Below are positions 1 through 14,800 of a stretch of 64,000 bases of DNA, one piece after another; position 1 is the first letter of the stretch; each line of letters opens with the position of its first letter. Source of the stretch: the human T2T-CHM13v2.0 reference genome, Homo sapiens; assembly GCF_009914755.1 (NCBI RefSeq), contig NC_060933.1; one strand, written 5' to 3'. Under the pieces are notes generated by a model, which worked only from the letters and a program-made list of their open reading frames with translations, was not told the origin of the DNA and did no database searches. The position numbers were made by a program, and so were the translations under genes.

Positions 1-74
1 TATATAAATTAATGCTATTAACTTTTTCTGTAAGTTTGTAGTTGCACACCTTACTGAATACACGTATATTAGTA

Positions 75-417
75 CAGCCGGCCCTTCATATCCATGGGCT
101 CTGCATGCATGGATTCAACCAAGCATAAATTAAAAATATTTGAAAAAATAATTGTGTCTGTACTGACCTTGTACAGACTTATTTTTCTTGTCATTATTCC
201 CTAAACAATACAGTATAACCAGTATTAACATAGCATTTACATTGAATTAGGTATTATAAGTAATATACAGATAATTTAAAATATATTGGAGCATGTGCAT
301 AAATTATATGCAAATACTACATACACCATTTTATATCAGAGACTTGAGCATCCTCGGATTTTGGTAGCAATGAGGAGTCCTAGAACAAATCTCCCTCGAT
401 ATCGAGGGATGACTCTG
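75..417 (-). mobile_element. MER2 (TcMar-Tigger non-autonomous DNA transposon), full length
   Basis: Starts CAGCCGGCCCT and ends GAGGGATGACTCTG. TA flanks at 73-74 and 418-419. Interior matches the reverse complement of MER2. Confidence 0.9.
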
Positions 418-544
418 TATAGATCAGATATAAACTGATATATATACTTATATATTGTGTGTATATTGTGTATGTGTATATATAATCTATTAATATATGC
501 GCATATATTGCACTTATGTTAATTACAGTTATATGTAATTAACA

Positions 545-830
545 TATAATTTACAATAATTCTTGTCTCCTTATAGAACATGCTTCCTGTCCTTTCTCGG
601 TTTTTAAAGGTTGTCTTAGTTGTTCTTGATTTTCTTTTTACTCTAATATGTGGATTCTGTGTTCCATGCTACAAAAAAAATGTTGCTTGAATTTTTATTA
701 GAATTTTCTTAAATTAATAGATTAATTTGAGGATGATTCACATCCTTAGAATGTTATTTTCTTCTCCAAGGACTTGATTTTTTCCCCATTAATTTAGGTC
801 TTCTTTTTTGTGCTTAGTAGAATTTTAAAT
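545..830 (-). mobile_element. Old L1M ORF2 fragment (antisense)
   Basis: tttttattagaattttcttaaattaatagattaatttgagg resembles the reverse complement of late L1 ORF2. Confidence 0.55.
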
Positions 831-884
831 ACATATATGTGCATATATGTGTCTTTGTGCATATGTTGTGTGTGTGTGTGTATA

Positions 885-1760
885 TAATCTCAGAATCCAG
901 AATGTGTAAATAGCTGATACAAATTAACAAGGAGAAATGTGAAAAATCTGATAGACAATTCAGCAAAGGATAGAAACAGGGAATTCACAAAATAGAAGAA
1001 CCAAATGACCAATAAATGTATGAAAAATCATTTTACCTTACTGGTAATCCGAGAAATAATATAGTTTTCATATGACAATGTGAAAAAAATATAATTTGGT
1101 AACAATAAAATTGATGTACAATATCAGATGCTGGCAAGCATCAGGTAAAGGAGAAGCCTCACACTCCTAAAGGGACTATAAATGTGTCCAATCACTTTGG
1201 AACACAGTTCCTCAGTATCTGGAATATCTGGTGTCTACCCAATATCCTACATCCATCTAGTAATTCTACTTCTAGGTGTAATCCTTAAGGAAACCCTTGC
1301 ATCTGTGCACAAGGAGACATATACATAAATGTTGAGTGAGGCATGCTATGTGACAGTAAAATTTGTTAAAAAGTCAAACTCTCATTAATCTGATGGAATA
1401 CTGCACGGCCAACAAAATGAATGAATTAGTTCCATAAAAATTAACATAGACAATTCTCAAAACATACTGCTAAATAAAAAAGCAAATAACAGAATTTTAC
1501 ATACAGAATGATGCAATTTATATACATTTTAAAAACGCAAAGCAATGCTGCTGTCAGGCAGCACATATACGTGTAGCAACAAGGACTGAAAGAATAACAC
1601 CAAAGTCACGACAGTGATTGTCTCCATCAGGGAGGGAGGAAAGAAGGAAGGGGAATTAGAGTATAAAACCAAAAGAATAAAAAAGGACTTAAGCTCTAAT
1701 ACAGTATCCTTATTTCTTTCATGGAAATTAACCCAAAGCCCAAATGACAGTATGTTAGCA
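885..1760 (+). mobile_element. Old L1 (L1MC/L1ME-type) ORF2 3' end and 3'UTR
   Basis: Degenerate L1 motifs: aatcactttggaacacagtt, taattctacttctaggt, atggaatactgcac, acaattctcaaaacatactgcta. Confidence 0.75.
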
Positions 1761-1835
1761 CTTATCATTGCTTATGAATTTTAGTCATACATTTGATTGT
1801 TCATTGTATACTAAACCTCTCTGATTTTTTTAACT

Positions 1836-2076
<241 letters not shown>

Positions 2077-2280
2077 TAGCTAAACAGCAGGCTTCCTTCT
2101 ATGAGGCCTCCCTGGCACCTTTTCACATAGGTCACCTGCCTGACTGTAGACCTCTGAGTTTCACTGCTCCTGCTCTGTGGCATTGCTCTATTTACCTCCT
2201 CCTCAGCTCCAATCACTGTCACAAGTGTGCTTTAGTCGCTTTCCCTTTAGTCACCTGTGCTTTAGTCACCTGTCCCACAA

Positions 2281-2323
2281 CCACTGGCACATAGTAGGGA
2301 CTTGTTTGTTGAATGAATGAATG
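2281..2323 (+). mobile_element. L2 3' terminus
   Basis: ctggcacatagtagg...tttgttgaatgaatgaatg is the typical L2 tail. Confidence 0.7.
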
Positions 2324-5300
2324 TTGCGTTGCAAAGCAAGGAGCAATTTGGTGCCTTGGTTCTTCTCTCAGCTCTTCTAACAGCTACCTGTATCAGTTCC
2401 CAGCAAACTTTCAGTGTCAAAATGCAAACGTTTCTCTGTTTTCAGAGAGAAATAAAGATAAGGTTATACACTCCACTTTACATTTCACATTACTGCACTT
2501 TTCCTGCTCAGGAAAAAGATCTTCTGCAAACCACACCAGGACACCACTCCAACTCACTTGGTTTCCTTGGCCTCTTTTTCCCTGGCCAGGGTCTCCCTCA
2601 CACTAGAAAAGCCTACTCTGTCTAGCTGGCCCCAGAAAATTCTCTACGTCACTCAAGGACTTTGTTTCTTAAAGTCCCCAAGTAACCACCCTGCTTTCTC
2701 TGAACATTTAAAAACATATTAAAATAAAATAGAAAACTTGTTTTAAATAAGCTTAGTACTGTGATTCTGTCACACAAAAATAGGAACCACATATTTACTA
2801 AAAATGGATTTATTTTATCTGTTTGTCTTCATATTATTTTTTATCGTTACTTATTAAGCTTAAATAGACACCTCCCAGTTATTCCACTTGTATTTGCATT
2901 TAAAACTCCTACTTAAAGTGAAACACTTGCATTAAACATTGGACCATTTTTAAAGGATAATTTTTTAAAATATGAGCATTATCATTATAATAATGATGCC
3001 ATCATTATATTCACCCCTATTTATCTGAGTCTTCTAAGATTAGTCTCAAAAACATATGTTAACCAGAGCTGTATCTTTGCAAATGACAACATTAAGGTGC
3101 TTTGCGTAAGGTGTGTAATTTTTCTAGCACAACCCTTTGTTTTCGATACCAAGCTGTGCAACTGCAAGTAGAAAAAAAAGCACATGGCTCTTTAAAACTT
3201 TCAGATATGTGTACAACTGTCTAGTTTCCATTATTGGGACTTTTCTGGGCATGTTTCTAAAAGTTTTTGTCTAGAATCCTCCTCCAGCAAGATAGAGAAC
3301 AGAGCAGAGTCCACTGACAACCTGCCCCTAAACCACTGAGAATAAGGAAGAGGTTGGAGCAGAAGGGCCATTTGTCTTTGTTATTAGGAAATAAATCAAC
3401 CTTTGTTTTCTTGGCCAAACACAAGGAATGTCATTATTACCAAATAAATTGTGTCGTTACAAATCAATCGAGCCACCTTTCATTTAAATGTGAATCAGTT
3501 TAATTGTCTGGGCTTCAAACTTGATTCCACCCTAAGGAAACAAATGACTAGATATATAGATCATTCAAACTCTACATTTGATACAAAATTTTCTACAAAA
3601 GCAGAAGTTTTTATTTTTTAGATTAGTCAACACACTAACTTGTCATTCTATATTCTTTTCTCCTAATGAAGGGGTTATCACGAAGTGTTTTCTTGTGAGT
3701 ATAAGATCAATTTGGCAAAAAGTTAAAGGCTGCCATTCTCAGACTAGGGCAAAACTACATGCTTTGAGATACCACGAGTGAGGTATTTATGTCTGAATAC
3801 CACCCACTCATCCTAAGGCGTATCCTTTAATGACACATAGGAAATAGTGGCATAAACTTTCCTGTATATTTGGAGGAATTTTCCCAAAGACTTAGGGTAG
3901 ATTGATGCTTACTTTTAACCAAGTTTCAATCTACCTGTTGCTGAACAGGAGCCTCAGAGTTAAAATAACCCTAGGTTTTAGGTTCTGCTACGGGAATTTT
4001 GCATATGGCTATAATTTCATTACAGTACAGTTCTAAGCAGCAGAAACACAATTTCTGAATTAATGATGCTGCTCAACCAAAAGATTACCCTATTCTCTTC
4101 TCTGGTTTCGCTCTAGTTTCTCACACTGTCCTTTCTCTTTGGCCTCTCTCCCACCTCTGACCTCCTCCCCAGTTTTCACCCTTGCTTTAACAATTGATTT
4201 ATGATGGGCCCATGGAAGGGTCAAGCCCACTTTTATGGTTTGCTTAAAATATTTCTTTTAGAGTGAGCATCAGAAGTGGTCTTCAATCCCTGCTAAACAG
4301 CCTCACCAAGACCTCAAAAGACCTTCCTTCACTGCCCATCACTGTGTCTTATTTATATCTTTTGTACTGGTGAAGAGAAACTCATTAAGTAGGGCAATTT
4401 TGAAACTTTTGCTAAAATGAATAACTTATAAAAGATGTCAAATTTAGCTTTTTTCCCCTCCAATGAGAATGTTTGTGAACGCATATATAATTCAGGAGTA
4501 GCGAGGTATGAGGAAGAGAGAAGAAAAAAACGCTAAGAATAATGATAAGCCTTGGATTATTTCTTTTAAGGGATCTATTTTTCTTTGAGTTTGACAGTTT
4601 GATCTTTGCTAACACTGAAGCCTGCAGGTCTATTGGGTATACTCTTCCATTCATTGCCTCAACAGTAAATTTCACTCTTTTGTTTAATTGAGTTCCTGTT
4701 GTTGTTTCAATATGCTAAATAATTGCCATATTTAGAAATGTTTTTAAAAACTCTGGTTAATGGAACCGAGGAAAATATTATTTTCTACATATTAAAGACT
4801 CAGAAGACAGAAAACAGTTTGAAAACATAGGGCTATTTATAAACACATAAACAATCTGAAAGACTAAATAGTGCCTAAGAATAGGAGAGTTTCCTCCAAG
4901 ATTCCTGGCCTAAAAGTTAATATAACTTTCATGTTCTAATGTGGATCTTAACATTGAACGGTAGATGGTTGTGAAATCTTTGCCACCTTTAGTGAGCCTA
5001 CATTAAATAGCACCAGATGACCCTTATGTAGATGGCTTCCTAGAGCTTATTGATCTCCTCCCTCCTTGGTCATTAAAAAATGTGATTTATTAGTCTGACA
5101 TTTTTAATAGGGCAAAGCTCAGAGGTTTATTGCAACGGCTTTCTAGTGTCCATGTTGCCCTAGGCTGCTACCAACATGCAAAAGCTGTCAAGATATCTAT
5201 CTACACTGCTGTCTAATAAGCTGACTTTTTCTTTTTTTAGCTAAATGGCAACCTCTACATATTTAAAGTGTTTTACACCTATTACATAGCAATGAATTAA

Positions 5301-6489
5301 TTTTTCCCATTTCTCCCTTCTCTTTCATGTAGCAAGAGGTGTTTCCCCCTAATTAAATGCTGTCGTTTTCTTAGTGTGAGGCTTGGCAGGACTCCAGAAG
5401 CAAGCAAGCTTGAACTGAAGAGGTCTGCTGCCAAGAGTCTGTGTGACCTCAGACAAAGAGCAGGTCTCTGAGCCACTGCCTTCCTCAGCCAAGAAGGAGA
5501 CCCCCGCTGGCAACCAGCAGTCCTCTCAGGCGTGACATCGCAAATCCAGCCCTCTAAGTATCCCTGAGCCAATATATGGAAATACTGTAGTCCAAAGCAA
5601 GGTCTGGGGCCTAGATTCTAATTTCCTAGTCTTTGTAGTCATGGATCTTCATGAATGGGAAGAAACATGTGTGCTGAACATCAAATTTAGATTCATATCT
5701 CAGAGTTTTGGCCAGTGCCCAGCAGAAATTTGGGGGACAGGAGGTGAGTAGAATATGAATAGCAGGGGATATTCAAATAAGCGAGTCGTGTGGGGCTGGA
5801 TTCCTGCCCTATATTTGGACCTTCTGCCCCACTAAAGTCATCAGCTCCTTTTCCTCCAGTTTCTTCCAGTAATGCATGTCTAATTTGCATGTATTTGGTA
5901 GTAAGAGCTCTATAAGAGAAGAAGGAGGAGCAGAAAGAGGAAGAGAAGTACAGTTTTTTGAAAGAAAGAGCTGTGGTTCTTTTGATTTTAGTCTCTTTAA
6001 TTAGCCACATCATGTTTGTGGCATGAACCCAGAATAGGAGTTTCACAACTTCCAGGGGATGTTTAAATAGGCGTGAGGAATCAGAATTCTTCTCGTCACA
6101 TTTGCATGCCCATGTATGCTGCCCAAGAGACACCACAGGATAAGGAGAATCTGGCACAGGCCTATAATTAGAAGCTCTTCTGTAGACAATAAACTGATAA
6201 ACAATTGCATTTGAGATTTGCTAGGATATGTATGTTCTATGATACCAGGACTACAGCTGAATTGTTTTGACTAATGTTTTTGAAGCAAAAAATATGGTCC
6301 CAGCACTCATTTTATGATGAATTGTAAAATGCCTTGCCTGTTTCTTTCCCTTGTTACTTCTTTCTACCAAGTAAACATAGTAGGCATGTCAGTGGTTGCT
6401 CTGGGGAAGCAGATGCCCTGACCAGGATGCTTCCCTTGTGTTGCTAAGAGAACCTCTTCCAAGAGGTTCCTGGGGGTTGGGGATGATCA

Positions 6490-6616
6490 TAGTAGGTCCC
6501 CATGTCACTGGAGCAGTCCTAGTTAATAATATGCTATTGTCCCAGCATACAGATTAGTAACTCCCCTTTCACTCTCAAAGGTGTCTTGGTTTGGACCGGG
6601 TGTGTTGTACCCCCAT
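6490..6616 (-). mobile_element. MER94-like hAT-Blackjack MITE
   Basis: cccctttcactctcaaaggtgtcttggtttggac matches the reverse complement of the MER94 core. Confidence 0.65.
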
Positions 6617-6727
6617 CAGTGTGGGCACTTCATAAATGTGGAATGGGACTGGCATTTCAACCTCAGGGTTCATATTGTAGTCCTCAGTGGTGAAGTGTAA
6701 CTGCAGGGAGGCCTGGTCCTGGGTCAC

Positions 6728-6960
6728 ATGTTTCAGAGTCACGCAGACCTGAGTCTATGTTGTTTAGACATATGAACTTGGATGAGTTACTGAATCTCTC
6801 TGAGCCTCAAGTTTCTCACCTATAAAACGGAATAACCATTTATAAAAAATTATAAAAAAGAATAAGCATTATAAAAAAGAATAACCATTTTTAACAAAGA
6901 ATTAAATATAAAGCACCCAATATCAGTGTCCATAAGTCGGGAACTAAATTAATATTTGCT
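6728..6960 (+). mobile_element. MIR SINE with an internal A-rich duplication
   Basis: Core ttggatgagttactgaatctctctgagcctcaagtttctcacctataaaa. Confidence 0.75.
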
Positions 6961-7214
6961 TTCACTGATGCCTGCCCCCTAACTTTAGTAGTAAAATCTT
7001 TTCAATTCTAAATTATGCCTTTTCAGCTACATATTAATTCTGATGGAAATAATAAATCTAAGTCTATCTCTGAAGATCAGAGATAAGACTTCTGTTTCCA
7101 GCTTCGCCACTGACTTGAAGCACACAAGTCATCTGCAAGCTCTGCAAATTGTTTAATAAGCCTGTATGACAAGGATGATGATATAACAAGCAAAGAATAT
7201 TGAAAGACTATTCC

Positions 7215-7385
7215 TTTTTTTCTTTTTTTTATACTTTAAGTTTTAGGGTACATGTGCACAACGTGCAGGTTAGTTACATATGTATACATGTGCCATGTTG
7301 GTGTGCTGCACCCATTAACTTGTCATTTAACATTAGGTATATCTCCTAATGCTATCCCTCCCCGCTCCCCCTTCCCCCTACCCCA
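7215..7385 (-). mobile_element. Young L1PA 3' end fragment
   Basis: ttatactttaagttttagggtacatgtgcacaacgtgcaggttagttacatatgtatacatgtgccatg is the antisense L1PA 3'UTR. Confidence 0.92.
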
Positions 7386-7977
7386 GAGAACAAGTATTGA
7401 TCACTTTTAAAAAAAATTCCACCAATGGTACCAGAAAGTGTACTGGATGCTACATGAGTTGGAAAAAGCAGCAATGGCCCATGACCTAAGGGACTGGACA
7501 TTTAGTTGGAAAAGTTATAGATGGACCCAAATGCCACAGGGTTTCTCAACTTTTGCACCATGGACATTTTTGGCTCCGTGGTAAAGATTGTCCTGTGCAT
7601 TGCAGGGCATTTAGCAGCATCTTTGGCCTTTTCCTGCTAGATGCTGGTAGCATCCCCAATCCCAGTTGTGACAAGCAAAACTGTCTCCATTAGTGTGACT
7701 GCACAATTTTCAGGACGCTGTGCAAAATGAAAATGTAGGCCCCTTGTTGAAAAAGCAGGGAAAAAGTAACATCAAAGGTACTAAAATGGGCAGCTTCTCC
7801 TTTCTTCCACCGTCTCTCTCTCTCAACTTGCCTAGGTATTAATATTTTTTATTTGCTATTTAATGTCACTCCAAGTAAAGAAAAATAAAAACTTTAACTT
7901 ATTAGCATGAATTGTACTGTTTATCTTTATATTACAGAATGCCAGTTTTAACCACAAATATAACAGCATTTAGCTCA

Positions 7978-8289
<312 letters not shown>

Positions 8290-8327
8290 TCATAGTTCAT
8301 GCACGCACATGCATGTCACTCTTACTA

Positions 8328-8800
<473 letters not shown>

Positions 8801-9954
8801 CTAATACAGGAAAATGGCCTGAATAAGAAAGAATATGACAAGATTCCTTCATTGCTTGTGTTTTCCTGCACTCAAAGAAGGCTCTGGTTCAAGCAGAAAG
8901 TACAGCCTAGTGGAGCTACATTCGTATAGATGAAACACTCTTAATTTGTACAACTTTTGAGTCTCACTGAACTCCCACTCATGGTAGACCACCGGAATTC
9001 TGTGCTCATGGGGCATCATGAATGCTACTATACGTGAATGGGGTGGCAAGAAAAGGCATACCCACATATTCTACATCTTTCTTATGCACATTCTCCATGG
9101 TCCCATCAGACTTTACTTACAAAATACAAGCTCAAAGATAAAATTATTAAGAATGATAAGGGGCAGCAACAGAGCATTAAAATGAAACATGGGGCCCTTC
9201 GGAATAGGCAGCCCGGTGACAATGCATCAGTTGTCAAACATTGCCAAACATTTTCTGGGGGTTTAGAACCACCTAGGTGTGGTACACAGTAGGCTGCACT
9301 CAGTGCAATCCTAAAAAAATTGACAGAACCATAATGGATTTAAAATGTGCTATTTCAGACAGGGGAGCAAGGAAAGCTTGACCAAAGAGATAGAAAGTGA
9401 GTGGGACCATAGAATATAAAAGTTTGGAAATTCCCTGAGCTTATTCGTTTTTGGTATTTTATTTCTTCTCTTTGGAGAAAAACAGTTTTGAAAGTGTTTA
9501 ATTTTTTAGTGGATCATATTTATAAAATATTATTAATTTTGTCCCCACAAAGGAAATTTTTGTCAGTGTATACACCACTAATTGAGAAAGAAGTTATTTT
9601 AAAATGGGGCAGATTGTACTTATAATTATACACCATGTATTTTACCTTATAGATGAAAAATTCTGAGCAATTTCATACTTTTGCAGGAGATACATTACAC
9701 TATAAAAATCCAAGTTTTTATATGTCGTCAATCCTAAAATGCAGTAGATGAAGTTGCACAACCCCTTCTCTTTTTACAGAAGCCTAATTGAAGCAATAGT
9801 GATTAACATTAGCGCAAGAACCCAGGCCATGTTGAAGACGTGGCATCAATATTGAGTGTAATTTTGCAATTAAAATACGAATATGAAAAGATAATCAGAT
9901 AACTTAAGTTCAAGGATTCTTTCCACCTCTTTGGGGATTCGCTCCTTAAACATA

Positions 9955-10180
9955 AACAGTGGTAGATGAACAGGAAGCTAAATGAGGACTCAGAATATTC
10001 AGGTTTAAATCCCAGCTGCTTCCCTTTACCTTTCTGCCCCCCAGTTTCCTATCTGTCCCAATGGTGATAAGCCTCATCCTGTTCCCTCACAGGGTTGTGT
10101 TGTGAGTGTTACATAAAATAGTATGCAAAGGAGTTTTGTTAACTATGAAAAGTGTATGATTATTTGGCAATCTGTTGTTA
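9955..10180 (+). mobile_element. MIR SINE
   Basis: caggtttaaatcccagct...cccagtttcctatctgt...ctcacagggttgtgttgtgag. Confidence 0.65.
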
Positions 10181-10261
10181 TTAATTACATCAGAAGGGTC
10201 TGAACCACCTACATGTGTAATCAATTTTTTTCAGACTATCACTAAAAAAGCACAGGATACA

Positions 10262-10655
10262 TAATGCTAGTTGCTATATAACAAATAATCCTCAAATCTC
10301 AGTGGCTTAACACAAATATATTTATTTATTACCTGTCTTAGTCTGATGTAGGCCAGATGGCTCTCCTTGGTGACTCTCCTCCACACTGTGACTCAGGAAC
10401 CCAGGTTCCTTCCATCATGTGATGACTCTATTCTAACATGTATCCTCCACAAATGCTATAGCATGGGAAGAGAAGTGGTATGGAGGTTCATGCAGGAGAC
10501 TTCTAAAGCCAGTCCTGGAATATGTCTGCTCAAATTCCATGCCTAAAATATAGTCAAGTGACTTCAAACTAACTGCAAGAGATAATGGGAAATGTAGTCT
10601 TTATGTACAGAAAGAAGAAACAGCATTTGGTAAGAATCTATCTAGTCTCTGCCAC
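10262..10655 (-). mobile_element. Old MaLR LTR (MLT1J/K-like)
   Basis: aacaaataatcctcaaatctcagtggcttaaca...actcaggaacccagg...ctaactgcaag...gggaaatgtagtc...tctgccaca. Confidence 0.7.
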
Positions 10656-11131
10656 ATTTCAGAAATAATATGATGGCCCAATACAGAAAATTATTATTTT
10701 ATTTTCTTGTATGCTAGATCTGGCCAGGGAAAACGTGACAGGTCATTGTCACTTTAAGTGATGTCTGCTTAGACTTGAGATTGAGTCCAGACTATATCTT
10801 ACTAGATGGGTGAAGTAGCATGCATATTTGAGCTAGCCTTCAAGAAAACACTTATTTGCATGATATTTTGATTATATTAATGAAATCAACAATACTGACA
10901 GTGCATTTCTAATATATATTTGGCACAAAGCTAGGCACTGGGTTGAGACCAGTACACACACACATACATGCACACACATGTATTTATCAGGCCCAAAACC
11001 CTTACCCCAACCTCCAGCTCCAGGAACTATAAAAAGTAGGGGGGGGTCAAAATTAGCCCACATAGAACAACAGTGAGCAAAACTAGGAAATCCACAATTA
11101 AGCACTACACTGTAAGCTTCTGACTATAAAG

Positions 11132-11400
11132 CAAAGGCTGTGGACTTTCATCTCATCGACTGAATTGGTCCCATTTTGTTTGGACCACACTGTGTTTTGT
11201 TTTAAAAGTCTGAACCAACATCTTAAAATCGGAAGATTTCATTATAACATTCTCTTGGAGAAGTAGAAAATCTGGCGACTTCCCCTCCCCACCCTGTAAC
11301 AACCAATGGAGCTGAGTAGTGGTCGTCCCCTTGACACGGGACACACCCCTCCAGGTGTCATGGCCCCACCTCTCTCTACCAAGGCTCCACAGTGAGAAAT
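11132..11400. mobile_element. MER102-like hAT-Charlie element
   Basis: tgtttggaccacactgtgttt...aaaatcggaagatttc...gaaaatctggcgac...aatggagctgagtagtgg. Confidence 0.6.
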
Positions 11401-11654
11401 CTTGGATTGTCATTTCTCACGTTCTTTTCCTCTAATTTAAAAAATGTTTTTCTATACTCATGTCTCTATAAAAATTAGAAAATGAAAAATAGGACAAGAA
11501 AATCCTGGGTTTCATGAAATATGGGATATTGCTAAATCTTATTGAGGCTGAGGGACACTCTTAAACGTTTACCATGCAAAAAGAGTGCATCTTCATCCAA
11601 AACATAGAACCTGGGGTTGCGTTACATTACCACCCTGGCCTGGTTGACACTTTA

Positions 11655-11880
11655 AAAAGATAGCTTTATTGAATTATAATTTACAAATCATTAAATTTGC
11701 CTGTAATCAATGTACAATTCAATGATTTTAGTTAATGTATTGAATTGTACAATCATTACCACAATGTAATTTTTTAGAACGTTTCCATCACTGCCCAAAT
11801 TCCCTTGTGCCCAGGTAACAGTTATTCCCTGCTCCCACCCTCAACTCTAGGCAAATACTGATCTGTTTTTCTTCTCTGTT
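11655..11880 (-). mobile_element. L1MB 3'UTR fragment
   Basis: agctttattgaattataatttaca...tgtacaattcaatgattttag...ttttagaacgtttccatcac. Confidence 0.8.
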
Positions 11881-14800
11881 TGATAGACATTTGAGTGTTT
11901 AAATCATGCTCTGAGAGCTATAAGGTATTCAGGGGAGAAGGACATTATTCCATTCTGACATAGCAAAGACCACACATAAAATAGTCTTTTGCTAGTTTGT
12001 ATATACAGATGCTGACCAAAGAGATAGGTATTTGAGAGTTACTATCATTTTTTTGCGTAACTATTTGCAGAATCACTTTCTTCCATAGAATAGTTTCATT
12101 GCAGCCTGAAGACTGCCTGGATAACTTTTCTTAGTATTTGTGTATAAGTTGAAAATTTAAGACAAAATACAAATCACATCATACTATTATTAATATGTTT
12201 ATGATTTCATTGTTCCTTATAAATCAAACAATAGCAACAAATAATATGTAAATAAATGTCCCCACATCCTTTTCTTCTTTTCACCTATAAGGGAATCAGA
12301 GGTCCTTGAAGGCCTAAAGCATGTCATCATCTCCATGGAATAATCAATGATTACTGTAACTCCCAAGTCTTCTCCTTTCAGACCTCAAAACATTTATAAT
12401 CATGTAACCCTCATTAAGCAATTTATCAAGAGTTTTTTCTTGTGACAGTTCTTCTGTTGTTTCTTGTACTATTCAGTTCTTATCTTGATATCATTTAGTT
12501 TGACATATGTTTATCATGTAACCTTGACCATCTATTTCCTTAATATTTTAAGATCAATTAGAGTTCTTATACATCTTTGTATTCTTTGTGCAAAGCCTTA
12601 ATCCCCTACCTTTCCTACAGTAGGTGTTCAATAAAACATGTACTATTTCTTTGTGAAGAATAGATGTCATTTATGAATTACATTTAAGGATTACAGAAGT
12701 AATTATTCAGCTTTAAATGCAATAAAAATAAAATGAGTTGGTTGAATCAATATAGACAAGATTTAGCAAGGTTTCGTTTGTTTATCATTGCAACTAAGAC
12801 TGTTGAAACAGCTTAAGGTGAGGTTGGTCTGCTTATTTTTGTATCTTAACAATCAAATTAGATCAACTATTTAATCTGTTGCTCACAGCTCTGACATTTA
12901 GTCAATTAAACAAGGAAGCCTGGGCGCATCCTAGAAGCAGTATTACTGTTTGCCACTTTTCTGTTGCTTCTGAGTTTTTTGTTTTTGTTTTTGTTTTTCT
13001 CTGTGGCTTTCTTTGTGCCTGTCTACTTTTCCCAACATTGTCTGAGTCTTTCTCTCCTCCCTGACTCCTTTGTCCATCTGCGTCTCTGCTGTGGCCTATG
13101 TTTGGTGGTTGTTCTCTGACTGGCTCCTACAGTGTCAGCATCCCCCAAGTTCAGGGACATTTCAGATTACTAGCACTGGCTTGTCTCACACAGAAAGATC
13201 GGGAAGTCATTTGTAGGTAAACACGGGTCATAGAAGGCATGCGGGGAACCTTTAACATCCTATGCAGATAAGATATTTGTGCTAATAATTTTTTCAAGAA
13301 AAGGTGAAGAAGGAACAAAAGGAAAAATAGTAAATTCTCCAAACAGAGAAACTGAAATATTTTAGAACATTGCAGAAATGCAACATCATAAAATCTTAAT
13401 CCTTGATTTGATCCAAATGGAATTTAATATTCAACAATGCCACTTATTAGGAGAGAGTCTATATACTGCAATGAGCTGTGACTCTGTATTTAAAAATATG
13501 CAATTCATCTTCTTTTCTAGATTAGCATGATGTCTCTCTCTCAGAATACAAGGATAACACTTTTTAAAAATCTGTAAGATCATTCTTTCGGGCCCAGGTT
13601 ATAATGATCAGAGAAATTGCAACTTAAGAGGATTTCACTTTTAAATACTTTTTGCGTGTTTTCATCCACATCTGATATTCTCCACAAAGCCACTTTGAGA
13701 TCTTGAAAAAAAGTTTTTGAAATAAGCAAGTGTCCCTTTCTGGAGGAAAATAATTCTACAGATGTCACATCTTCACCCCACAACAAGATTGTCCCCCAGA
13801 AACCTCCAGCCTTCCCGCTGCTTCATATTCATTAATTAGTCTGAGTTTTCCTCCGTGTTTCGTTTACAAAGCCACTTAAACCCACGCACCCATTTAACAT
13901 ATTTATGACCCCAGCTTTCTCTCTGTTCTCTGAGACTGTACCGTAATTGTTCTCTGGAACCAGGGACTGCAGAGAGCCTTCCCTGCTGAAAAGAGACAAC
14001 ATAAAGAAGGAAATGAATGTGTGCGGGTTGAATACCTTCAACAAAACGACTGGGTGCAGTTTGGCCCCTGTGCCCCCCCCTCCCGGGGTCACTTTAATTG
14101 AGTGGAGCCTCAACCTCTATTGAGTGTATGGGAGACTATTAACTCTTAACAACGCTCCGTCTCAGGTTATTTATTTATTGCTTAAATGATTTGTTATTGC
14201 TACTTGAACACCCTCTGGGAACCAAGATGGCAGCATCATGTTACAGAAAAACTACAAGTTATTTTAAAACTGTAATTGACGTTTTATGAGAGCCATAAAA
14301 TCTTTCTGAACAAATAACTTACCATTAGTCAGAACCTTCAGCGGGAGATCTGTAAAATTAAGGATATGGTAGAACAGTACTGTACTTGTGTGTGTCTGTC
14401 TGCGCGTGTGCTGGAGAGGGTGGGACCGTAGGCAAGCAGGGAAGCAGCAGACACATTCTAGTGGATTATTTCCCATTGCTTCCAAGCATCTTGATTTAAA
14501 TCATCACATGTTTGAGCCAGAGGGATCTGGGAAATAAGGCCAAAGATTCCCAGGAAGGATGACCTGCATCTGACAAACACATTTCAGGTGACCACCCTGG
14601 GTCCTTCACCTTTGGCTAGGCATGGAAACGACTTCCTAGCCAGACACCCGGTGTACTGCAACCAAGCTCCCCAGCTTAGCAGAGTCAGCAGAGACATCAG
14701 TTAGCATAACACCTCCTTGGGCTATCAGGCCGAATTGTATGTGGGTTCTTAAGACGTTTATGGCAGCTATAAGAACGTATCATGGACGGGTTTGAAGCAT

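Noticed and set aside
5693-6157. 154-aa ORF on the - strand
   Set aside because: No recognisable protein family, non-ATG start and no supporting exon structure.
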